Assembly: GCF_000284455.1 (NCBI RefSeq)
Contig: NC_017039.1
Span: 1,170,001-1,202,000 of the forward strand
Length of the DNA stretch: 32,000 nucleotides
Direction of reading: 5' to 3'
Origin: Synechocystis sp. PCC 6803 substr. PCC-P
GTDB lineage: Bacteria > Cyanobacteriota > Cyanobacteriia > Cyanobacteriales > Microcystaceae
Below the pieces are notes generated by a model. It made no database searches. It was not told where the DNA came from and saw only the letters and a program-made list of their open reading frames with translations. Both the position numbers and the translations under genes were made by a program. Positions 22,111 through 29,962 of this stretch are shown here, one piece after another. Position 1 is the stretch's first letter, and each line of letters starts with the position of its first letter.

Positions 22111-22707
22111 ATGACCACAACAAAAGGTAAGATTGGTGTCTTAATCGAAGAACATTTTGATGGCACTGAATATCGCTGGTTTAATGAGTATTTTCCCGCC
22201 CAGGGCTATGAAGTGGAATATATCAGCCATTTGTGGGGACAACCGGAACTGAAGTTTGGTTCTAACCCAGAAAATGACCAAGTGGAATACCACGTCACCG
22301 TAACCACGGAAGTGAATGATATTGACCCCAAAGATTACAAGGGCATTATTGCCATTGGGGCCTACGCCATGGATCGCTTGCGGTACCAAGCCACCGTCAA
22401 AAAAGGTGAAAAAAATCAAGCCCCCGCAGTTATTTTTCTCCGTAAAGCAGCGGCCACTGAAGGGTTAAAGCTGGGAACCATTTGCCATAGTTTATGGCTA
22501 TTTTGCGCCGATCCCGATCTGCTTAAAGATAAAAAAGTCACCTGCGCCCACAACATTATTTGTGACGTGGAAAATGCTGGAGCGGATGTGGTGTATGAAG
22601 AGGATCAGACCGCCGAGTTGGTAATTGACGGCGATCTAATTACCGGCAAACATCCAGGCATGATTGAAGAATTTGTCAAAACTTTTGTTGAGCAAATCGA
22701 AGCTTAA
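22111..22707 (+). CDS. DJ-1/PfpI family protein (class I glutamine-amidotransferase-like fold)
   Basis: 198 aa with AGGAG upstream. Has KIGVLIEEHFDGTEY, DYKGIIAIG, a nucleophile-elbow Cys-His in GTICHSLWLF, and LITGKHPG near the C-terminus. Confidence 0.75.
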   Translation: MTTTKGKIGVLIEEHFDGTEYRWFNEYFPAQGYEVEYISHLWGQPELKFGSNPENDQVEYHVTVTTEVNDIDPKDYKGIIAIGAYAMDRLRYQATVKKGEKNQAPAVIFLRKAAATEGLKLGTICHSLWLFCADPDLLKDKKVTCAHNIICDVENAGADVVYEEDQTAELVIDGDLITGKHPGMIEEFVKTFVEQIEA

Positions 22708-22739
22708 AAACCTTTCCGTCCTTCCCGTGGCATCAACAT

Positions 22740-24563
22740 ATGAGTCCCAAAATTAACTTTCCTTTTTCCGATCTGATTGCAGGTTATGTGACAAGTTACG
22801 ACCAAGAAGCGGATATTTTTGGTCTGAAAACCTCCGACGGCCAAGAGTTTCAGGTCAAACTTAGTCCCATGGCCTACGCCAAAGTGATCCAAAACTTTGA
22901 TGAAGGTTATCCCGATGCCACCGGCACTATGCGGACTTGGTTAACCCCAGGGCGATTTCTCTACGTTTACGGCGTTTTTTACCCTGATACGGCTATTTTT
23001 GACGGGAAACAGGTGGTCTTTGCAGGCAAAAAGCCAGCGGAATACGTGTTTGAGAAACAGGATTGGTGGATTAAACAGGTAAACTCCCTCGGTAAGTTTT
23101 TTATCAAAGCCCAATTTGGCGACGGGGAGATTGATTACCGCCATTACCGCACCGATTTGTCCATGAGTGGGGAGCGGTCAACGGTGAATTTTCGCCAAGA
23201 AACGGATACCATTTCCCGCCTGGTGTACGGCTTTGCTCCCGCCTTTATGATGACCGGGGATGACCAATTTTTGGAGGCGGCGGAAAAAGGTACGGAGTAT
23301 TTACGGGAGCATATGCGCTTTGTCGATAAGGACGAAGACATTATTTACTGGTACCACGCCATTGATGTGCAGGGGGAAAAAGAACAAAAAATCTTTGCGT
23401 CCGAATTTGGCGATGATTACGATGCTATTCCTGCCTACGAACAAATCTACGCTTTAGCCGGCCCCATCCAGACCTACCGTTGCACTGGCGATCGTCGTAT
23501 TCTCCATGACGCAGAACAGACCATTAAACTGTTCGACAAATTTTTCCTAGACAAGAGCGAATATGGGGGGTACTTTTCCCATCTCGACCCTTTGATGTTG
23601 GATCCCCGCAGTGAATCCCTCGGTCCCAACAAAGCCCGGAAGAACTGGAACTCCGTGGGGGATCACGCTCCGGCTTATCTAATTAACCTATGGTTGGCCA
23701 CCGGGGAGCAAAAATATGCCGATATGTTGGAATATACCTTCGACACCATTGAGAAATATTTCCCGGACTACGACCATAGCCCCTTTGTGCAAGAACGTTT
23801 TTACGAAGACTGGAGCCACGACACCACTTGGGGCTGGCAACAAAATCGGGCTGTGGTGGGGCACAACCTCAAAATTGCCTGGAATTTGATGCGGATGAAT
23901 AGCCTCAAGTCCAAAGAAAAATATGTGGAGTTAGCCAAGAAAATTGCTGACCTGATGCCGGCGGTAGGTAGTGACCAACAGCGGGGCGGCTGGTACGACG
24001 TGGTAGAAAGGTTGTTGGATAACCATAGCCGTTGCCATCAATTTGTTTGGCATGACCGCAAAGCCTGGTGGCAACAGGAACAGGCGATTTTGGCCTATCT
24101 AATTTTGGCTGGTATTTTGGACGATGAAGAATACCACCGCCATGGCCAGGAGGCGTCCGCTTTCTATAACGCTTGGTTCCTAGATTTAGAAGATGGGGGC
24201 ATTTACTTTAACGTCCTTGCCAACGGCATTCCCTACCTAGCGGGGGGTAATGAACGGGCTAAGGGTAGTCACTCCATGAGTGGTTACCATTCCTTTGAAC
24301 TTTGTTATCTAGCGGCGGTGTACACCAATTTTCTGATCACCAAGCACCCCATGGATTTCTATTTCAAACCCTTGCCTAACGGTTTCCCCGACGGTATTCT
24401 GCGGGTATCCCCGGATATTCTTCCCCCTGGCAGTGTGGCGATCGCCAGTGTGGAAATTGACGGCAAACCCTATGAAAATTTCGATGCCCAGGGCTTAACT
24501 GTGACCTTACCCGACAGCCAAGAACGGGTCAAAATCAAAGTTCGTTTAGTCCCCACTGCCTAA
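22740..24563 (+). CDS. N-acylglucosamine-2-epimerase (AGE) superfamily (alpha/alpha)6-barrel enzyme with an ~130-aa N-terminal extension
   Basis: 607 aa. The region from ~aa 140 onward shows AGE-like repeats: ISRLVYGFA, YEQIYALAG, VGDHAPAYLINLWLATGE, VVGHNLKIAWNLMRM, RGGWYDVVE and KAWWQQEQAILAYLI. The N-terminal ~130 aa are not explained by that fold. Confidence 0.65.
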   Translation: MSPKINFPFSDLIAGYVTSYDQEADIFGLKTSDGQEFQVKLSPMAYAKVIQNFDEGYPDATGTMRTWLTPGRFLYVYGVFYPDTAIFDGKQVVFAGKKPAEYVFEKQDWWIKQVNSLGKFFIKAQFGDGEIDYRHYRTDLSMSGERSTVNFRQETDTISRLVYGFAPAFMMTGDDQFLEAAEKGTEYLREHMRFVDKDEDIIYWYHAIDVQGEKEQKIFASEFGDDYDAIPAYEQIYALAGPIQTYRCTGDRRILHDAEQTIKLFDKFFLDKSEYGGYFSHLDPLMLDPRSESLGPNKARKNWNSVGDHAPAYLINLWLATGEQKYADMLEYTFDTIEKYFPDYDHSPFVQERFYEDWSHDTTWGWQQNRAVVGHNLKIAWNLMRMNSLKSKEKYVELAKKIADLMPAVGSDQQRGGWYDVVERLLDNHSRCHQFVWHDRKAWWQQEQAILAYLILAGILDDEEYHRHGQEASAFYNAWFLDLEDGGIYFNVLANGIPYLAGGNERAKGSHSMSGYHSFELCYLAAVYTNFLITKHPMDFYFKPLPNGFPDGILRVSPDILPPGSVAIASVEIDGKPYENFDAQGLTVTLPDSQERVKIKVRLVPTA

Positions 24564-24568
24564 GCCCC

Positions 24569-24898
24569 ATGGATATTCAAATTAATCAACAGGAAGACAT
24601 TACCGTTGTCACCCTTAGCGGGGAAGTGGACGCCAACACGGCCCCGAAAATCCATGAAGTGATTCTGCCCCTAGCGGAACCGGGGTCAAAAATTCTTCTG
24701 GACATGACCGCTGTGCCCTATATGTCCAGCGCGGGGTTACGGCTTTTGCTCTATCTCTACCGCCAAACCACCGCCAACTCAGCCCAATTAGTATTAGTAG
24801 GGCTTTCGGAGGAGTTGATCGACACCATGGCCGTGACCGGATTTCTTGACTTTTTCACCACCCGTCCCACCCTAGCCGAAGGCAAAGAGGCATTTTAG
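24569..24898 (+). CDS. STAS-domain anti-sigma-factor antagonist (SpoIIAA/RsbV-like), copy 1
   Basis: 109 aa. Has VVTLSGEVDANTAP, LLDMTAVPYMSSAGLRLLL (conserved phosphorylatable Ser in the DxxxxxSSxGL motif) and VLVGLSEELIDTMAVTG. It starts 5 nt after the AGE-family stop and ends 9 nt before glgX. Confidence 0.9.
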   Translation: MDIQINQQEDITVVTLSGEVDANTAPKIHEVILPLAEPGSKILLDMTAVPYMSSAGLRLLLYLYRQTTANSAQLVLVGLSEELIDTMAVTGFLDFFTTRPTLAEGKEAF

Positions 24899-24907
24899 CA
24901 GGACACC

Positions 24908-27031
24908 ATGGAACGCATAGATATTCATCCCACCCACACCGCTAACGGTTACAAACTCCGCTGTGGCCAGCCCTTTCCCTTTGGGGCCACCATTGTGCCG
25001 GGGGGAGTTAATTTTTCCATTTACTCTAGCCATAGCACCGCTTGCACCCTAGTACTGTTCGAGAAGCGGGCTCCCCAGCCCTTTGTGGAGATTCCCTTTC
25101 CAGAATCTTTTCGCATTGGTAATGTCTATTGCATGGTGGTGTTTGACCTGGATTTTGAGAATCTGGAATACGGCTATCGCATGGAAGGCCCCAATAACTT
25201 CCAGCAGGGCCATTGGTTTGACCCCAGTAAAGTCCTTCTTGATCCCTACGCCAAAGTGGTCAGTGGCCGGGATGTTTGGGGCACCCAACCCAATTGGGAC
25301 GATATTTATCAACACCGGGGCCGCCTCAGCTTTGACGATTTTGATTGGGAAAACGATTCCCCCCTGGATGTTCCCCTCGAAGACATGGTCATTTATGAAA
25401 TGCATGTGCGGGGTTTCACCAAAGATCCTTCCTCCGGAGTAAAGGAAAATCACCGGGGCACCTTCGCCGGCATTCTCAGCAAAATTCCCTATCTACAGGA
25501 ATTGGGTGTTAATACCATCGAATTAATGCCGATATTCGAGTTTGATGAGTTTGAACATAGTCGTTACCACCCAGAAACGGGGGAATTTTTAGTTAACTAC
25601 TGGGGTTATAGCACCGTTAACTTTTTTGCACCTAAAGCGGGTTACGCTGCCACCGGTAAATTCGGCATGCAGATTGACGAGTTGAAAAACTTAGTCAAGG
25701 AACTGCATAAAGTAGGTATTTCCGTCATTTTGGATGTGGTTTTTAACCATACGGCGGAGGGCAATGAACGGGGCCCCACCATTTCCTTTCGAGGATTGGA
25801 TAACAAAACCTATTACATGCTCACCCCGGAGGGTTACTATTTCAACTTTAGTGGCACTGGCAATACCTTAAACTGCAATAATCCCATTGTGCGGGGCATG
25901 GTGCTGGACTGTCTGCGATACTGGACAGCGGAATTTCATATTGATGGTTTTCGCTTTGATTTAGCCTCTATTTTGGGAAGGGATCCCTGGGGCTACCCCT
26001 TGGCCAATCCCCCTCTTTTGGAAACCCTGGCCTTTGATCCCATTTTGGCCCGTTCCAAACTTATTGCTGAAGCCTGGGATGCCGGTGGGCTATACCAAGT
26101 AGGATCTTTTCCCAGTTATGGCCGCTGGGCCGAATGGAATGGGAAATACCGAGATACGGTGCGAAAATTTATTAAAGGAGATGCGGGGGTAATTGGGGAA
26201 ATGGCCCAAAGGCTACAGGGTTCCCCCGACCTTTATCAAGGAGCCGGACGACCTCCCTCCACTTCGATCAATTTTGTGACGGCCCACGACGGCTTTACCC
26301 TGGCGGATTTGGTGGCCTATAACGGCAAACATAATTACGCTAACGGGGAAAATGGCAATGATGGAGCCAACGACAATTACAGTTGGAACTGCGGGGTAGA
26401 AGGTCCCACCGATAACCCTGATATCCTCAGACTCCGGGCCCGGCAAATGCGGAATGCGATCGCCATTTTGTTGGTGAGTCAGGGGGTGCCCATGCTGTTG
26501 ATGGGAGACGAAATGGGCAAAACCCAAGACGGCAACAATAATACCTATTGCCACGATTCCCCTTTCAATTGGCTCAATTGGCATTTACTTGAACAAAACC
26601 AGGCTTGGTTTCGGTTTGTCAAACACTGCATTGCTTTCCGTCTAGCCCACCCTGTATTACGCAACAGTGAACATTTCCAAAACTGCGATTACCTTGGTGT
26701 GGGATTTCCCGATATTAGTTGGCACGGAGTCAAGCCCTGGCACGCTGACTGGTCCGCCGATAGCCGAGTTTTAGCTTTTATGCTTTGTGGTCGCCATGCC
26801 AAAGGTGGCCGAGTTAAGGATAATCAAATTTATGTGGCCATGAATATGCATTACGAAAGTCTTTGGTTTGAACTGCCAGCTCCCCCGGTGGGCACCACTT
26901 GGCACGTTTTCGCCAACACAGGGGCCCAGCCTCCAGAAGATATCCATCCCCCTGGGCAGGAGCCCCCCCTCTCTTCCCAATCATCCCTACTCATTGGCGA
27001 TCGGAGTGTTGTTATTTTACTGGCTAAATAA
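24908..27031 (+). CDS. glgX: Glycogen debranching enzyme, isoamylase type (GH13)
   Basis: 707 aa with all four GH13 conserved regions: ILDVVFNHTAEG (I), IDGFRFDLASIL (II, nucleophile Asp), LIAEAWDAGG (III, acid/base Glu) and INFVTAHDGFTL (IV). The N-terminus is a CBM48-like beta-domain (GATIVPGGVNFSIYS). Confidence 0.93.
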   Translation: MERIDIHPTHTANGYKLRCGQPFPFGATIVPGGVNFSIYSSHSTACTLVLFEKRAPQPFVEIPFPESFRIGNVYCMVVFDLDFENLEYGYRMEGPNNFQQGHWFDPSKVLLDPYAKVVSGRDVWGTQPNWDDIYQHRGRLSFDDFDWENDSPLDVPLEDMVIYEMHVRGFTKDPSSGVKENHRGTFAGILSKIPYLQELGVNTIELMPIFEFDEFEHSRYHPETGEFLVNYWGYSTVNFFAPKAGYAATGKFGMQIDELKNLVKELHKVGISVILDVVFNHTAEGNERGPTISFRGLDNKTYYMLTPEGYYFNFSGTGNTLNCNNPIVRGMVLDCLRYWTAEFHIDGFRFDLASILGRDPWGYPLANPPLLETLAFDPILARSKLIAEAWDAGGLYQVGSFPSYGRWAEWNGKYRDTVRKFIKGDAGVIGEMAQRLQGSPDLYQGAGRPPSTSINFVTAHDGFTLADLVAYNGKHNYANGENGNDGANDNYSWNCGVEGPTDNPDILRLRARQMRNAIAILLVSQGVPMLLMGDEMGKTQDGNNNTYCHDSPFNWLNWHLLEQNQAWFRFVKHCIAFRLAHPVLRNSEHFQNCDYLGVGFPDISWHGVKPWHADWSADSRVLAFMLCGRHAKGGRVKDNQIYVAMNMHYESLWFELPAPPVGTTWHVFANTGAQPPEDIHPPGQEPPLSSQSSLLIGDRSVVILLAK

Positions 27032-27090
27032 ATTGTCTTAAATTTCCCTTTCCCTTCAATTCACCATTATTTAGATTTTTGTAAAAAACC

Positions 27091-27417
27091 ATGGCTTTCA
27101 ACATCGAATCGGAAATTATTAATAACGCTGCTAAATTAACCCTAATTGGTGAACTAGACGGCGGTACTGCTCCTTTGTTTAAGGAAAAAATCGAAGAAGT
27201 TGCCCAAGCAGAAATTTCAAAACTAGTGTTAATGATGGATCAATTGGAATATATGTCCAGTGCCGGTTTACGTATCTTAGTTTTTGCCAAACAAAAAATG
27301 GGCAGTGGCGTGGAAATATTTTTAGTGGGTACCCAGGAAATGGTCAATGATACTATTGAGCAAACTGGATTACACCACAGTTTTCATTTAGTGGAAAGCT
27401 ATGATTTTCATTCCTAG
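27091..27417 (+). CDS. STAS-domain anti-sigma-factor antagonist (SpoIIAA/RsbV-like), copy 2
   Basis: 108 aa. Has LTLIGELDGGTAP, LMMDQLEYMSSAGLRILV (same YMSSAGLR phospho-site block as copy 1) and FLVGTQEMVNDTIEQTG. Confidence 0.9.
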   Translation: MAFNIESEIINNAAKLTLIGELDGGTAPLFKEKIEEVAQAEISKLVLMMDQLEYMSSAGLRILVFAKQKMGSGVEIFLVGTQEMVNDTIEQTGLHHSFHLVESYDFHS

Positions 27418-27516
27418 ACAACAAAGTTTTGCCAGTGCATAGTTGAAAATCAACCGCATAAATGGAGGAGATAGAATATTAGTAAGGAGCTAAATTACTT
27501 TTGGTAAATTAAACCA

Positions 27517-29421
27517 ATGAAAATGAAACTGATTCAACCTTTCATACAATCAATTCGGTTTCGCATTGTTGGACTTCTCCTGCTTTGTCTGATTCCTCCT
27601 ACCTTAGGAGGGATTTTTCTTATCGACTCCTATACCGGAAGACAATTAAAAAAAATTGCAGAGCAAGATCTTCAAAGCCGGGCAAGATTGATTATCCAAT
27701 TGATTTCCCGTTCAGATCGAGAGCGTCAACAAAGTACAGCTTTTGTTGCTTCCCAACCGGCAATAGTCGAATTCAACGTTGAAGCATCTCAGTATTTTTT
27801 AAACGAGTTCATTAAATTTCACCAATGGAATGGGTTCTTCGTTGTTGCCAACCAAGAGGGGGAACTAGTTGCGGGCAGTGATGGTGCCAACCAAGAAAAA
27901 GGATTACCTCTTAAGCACTGGTTTGAAGAAGTAAAAGATAAAAATCGACATTTAAACCGGTTATTTCCTGGAAAGACCTATGCAGAGAGCAAAGATTGTT
28001 TAATTGTGCCTATCCACAGCAAAAATGATCAAACTCAAATTGGCATTGTTGTGGAATGTATTCCCTTACCAGTTATTGCTGATTTTGTTCAAAAAATTTT
28101 AAAAGATGCTGAGCTTGAGCGTATTTTATTAGTCAATTATGAGGGGTATATTTATGCCGACACCGATTTCAAAAATTACGGCGTACTAGAAAACAAAAAA
28201 AAATCTCCCCTTGTCAATCGGCTGCTCAATGACCAAAGTGGGTTTGTTTATAGTCAAGGTAAGTTTTCCTATCTTTCTCCCGTCCATCTGCGGGGAGCCA
28301 AAACCTGGGGATTAATTGTAGAAAATTCAGAATCTGACATTCAAGCAGCTATTTTGAATGTTAATAGAATTGGTTATCTGCTAGTTTTAGTAATTGGGGG
28401 AATTGTGGCCTATGCTTCCTGGATGGTAATCCACCACAGCACGGTTCCTATTTTGGATCTAACTAAGGCTTCCCAAGCGATCGCCGCGGGAGATTTAGAT
28501 TATGAAATCAATATTAACCAGGGCAATCGTCAGGATGAAATTGGTATTTTGGGTAATAGTTTTATCTACATGAAAAACCAAATTAAAACCCTGATAGCTC
28601 AGGAAGTTAAGGATGGGGTTAACCGTTTGGAATTAGAAAAAGGTCGACAAATTCAGCAAAACTTTTTACCCATTAGCTTGCCTGATTTACAACAGTGGCA
28701 GATAAATGCTGTTTTTGAACCGGCTCGCTCTGTTTCTGGAGACTTTTATGACGCCTTTTTGTTAGGTGATGATTATTTGGCGATCGTGATTGGTGACGTA
28801 TGCGATAAAGGGGTAGGTGCCGCTATGTTTATGGGGTTATTCCGCAGTTTATTGAGGGTATTTTCTGGGGAAACAATGCCTGGGGACACCTGTATCCGCG
28901 ACGTTAACTATAAATGCAGCGCCAATGATGGCAATGGCAAAAAAAAGGTTATCGTGCAATTTTTAAATGCAGTGCGACTCACTAATGATTACATTGCCAC
29001 AGAACACGGAGACATGGCCATGTTTGCCACTCTATTTTTTGGTGTAATTGATATTAGTAATGGTAATCTGAGCTATATCAATGCTGGCCATGAACCAGTT
29101 TTTATCTTAAATTCTGAGGGTATTAAGCATAGATTAAAATCCACTGGTCCTGCGGTAGGAATGATGCCCAATTCTACTTTTACAATTGATAGTTTAAAAA
29201 TTGATCCTGGAGAAATGTTGATTGGTTATACTGATGGCGTTACCGATGCTCGATCGCCAACTAAAGAATTTTTTGGTCGTCAACGATTGATGGAAACATT
29301 AACAGCCAATTTTTCAGCAAAAACAGAAATTCTAGACATAATTAAACAAGAATTAATCGGACATATTGATGGTTCTATTCAGTTCGACGACATTACTATG
29401 ATTGCTGTTTACCGTAATTAG
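27517..29421 (+). CDS. icfG: Membrane-bound sensor PP2C/SpoIIE-type phosphoserine phosphatase (TM - periplasmic sensor - TM - HAMP - PP2C)
   Basis: 634 aa. TM1 is RIVGLLLLCLIPPTLGGIFLI, followed by a ~250-aa extracytoplasmic region. TM2 is IGYLLVLVIGGIVAYASWMVI. HAMP-like segment: PILDLTKASQAIAAGDLDYEI..DEIGILGNSFIYMKNQI. PP2C motifs: SGDFYD, VIGDVCDKGVGAAMFM, INAGHEP, LIGYTDGVTDA and DDITMIAV. The gene symbol comes from my recollection of the Synechocystis icfG cluster. The start could also be the ATG two codons downstream. Confidence 0.85.
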   Translation: MKMKLIQPFIQSIRFRIVGLLLLCLIPPTLGGIFLIDSYTGRQLKKIAEQDLQSRARLIIQLISRSDRERQQSTAFVASQPAIVEFNVEASQYFLNEFIKFHQWNGFFVVANQEGELVAGSDGANQEKGLPLKHWFEEVKDKNRHLNRLFPGKTYAESKDCLIVPIHSKNDQTQIGIVVECIPLPVIADFVQKILKDAELERILLVNYEGYIYADTDFKNYGVLENKKKSPLVNRLLNDQSGFVYSQGKFSYLSPVHLRGAKTWGLIVENSESDIQAAILNVNRIGYLLVLVIGGIVAYASWMVIHHSTVPILDLTKASQAIAAGDLDYEININQGNRQDEIGILGNSFIYMKNQIKTLIAQEVKDGVNRLELEKGRQIQQNFLPISLPDLQQWQINAVFEPARSVSGDFYDAFLLGDDYLAIVIGDVCDKGVGAAMFMGLFRSLLRVFSGETMPGDTCIRDVNYKCSANDGNGKKKVIVQFLNAVRLTNDYIATEHGDMAMFATLFFGVIDISNGNLSYINAGHEPVFILNSEGIKHRLKSTGPAVGMMPNSTFTIDSLKIDPGEMLIGYTDGVTDARSPTKEFFGRQRLMETLTANFSAKTEILDIIKQELIGHIDGSIQFDDITMIAVYRN

Positions 29422-29426
29422 GTGCC

Positions 29427-29858
29427 ATGACTATTTTAAATTTTTCCGCTGATCTAAATGCCTTAAACAGCATTGGCAAACATATTCTAGAGCAAGCTCA
29501 AGCGGTTGGATTACCCAAAAAAAGAGCTTATAAACTAAGATTGGCGGTGGATGAACTAGCAACTAATATTATTAATTATGGCTATGCCAATGCACCGGGT
29601 CATAATCAAATTAGCATCCAAGTAGAAGCGGATGATTGTCAATTAAAGGTTACTATGGTGGACACTGGCTTGCCCTACGATCCCCGCGATCGCCAATTTG
29701 ATCAATCAATTCTTAGTCTGGAAGCAGAAGATCGACCCATCGGTGGACTAGGGATTTTTTTGGCTCTGCAAAGTGTAGATGAATTTACCTATGAAGTGAG
29801 GGGAAATAAAAATATTAGTTGTTTAGTCATGAATTTTGATCCTCCGGGCAATGATTAA
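29427..29858 (+). CDS. RsbW/SpoIIAB-like anti-sigma-factor serine kinase (HATPase_c)
   Basis: 143 aa, starting 5 nt after icfG. N-box VDELATNIINYG, G1 box MVDTGLPYDP and G2 box GGLGIFLA. Confidence 0.85.
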   Translation: MTILNFSADLNALNSIGKHILEQAQAVGLPKKRAYKLRLAVDELATNIINYGYANAPGHNQISIQVEADDCQLKVTMVDTGLPYDPRDRQFDQSILSLEAEDRPIGGLGIFLALQSVDEFTYEVRGNKNISCLVMNFDPPGND

Positions 29859-29962
29859 TGTTACGAGAGAAAGTAAATTAATTGAATAATTGCTACAATT
29901 ACCAACATTTAAATATTTGATTTGCCCACTGCAACCTTTTCTTTGTTATTGTTTCTTTTTTC

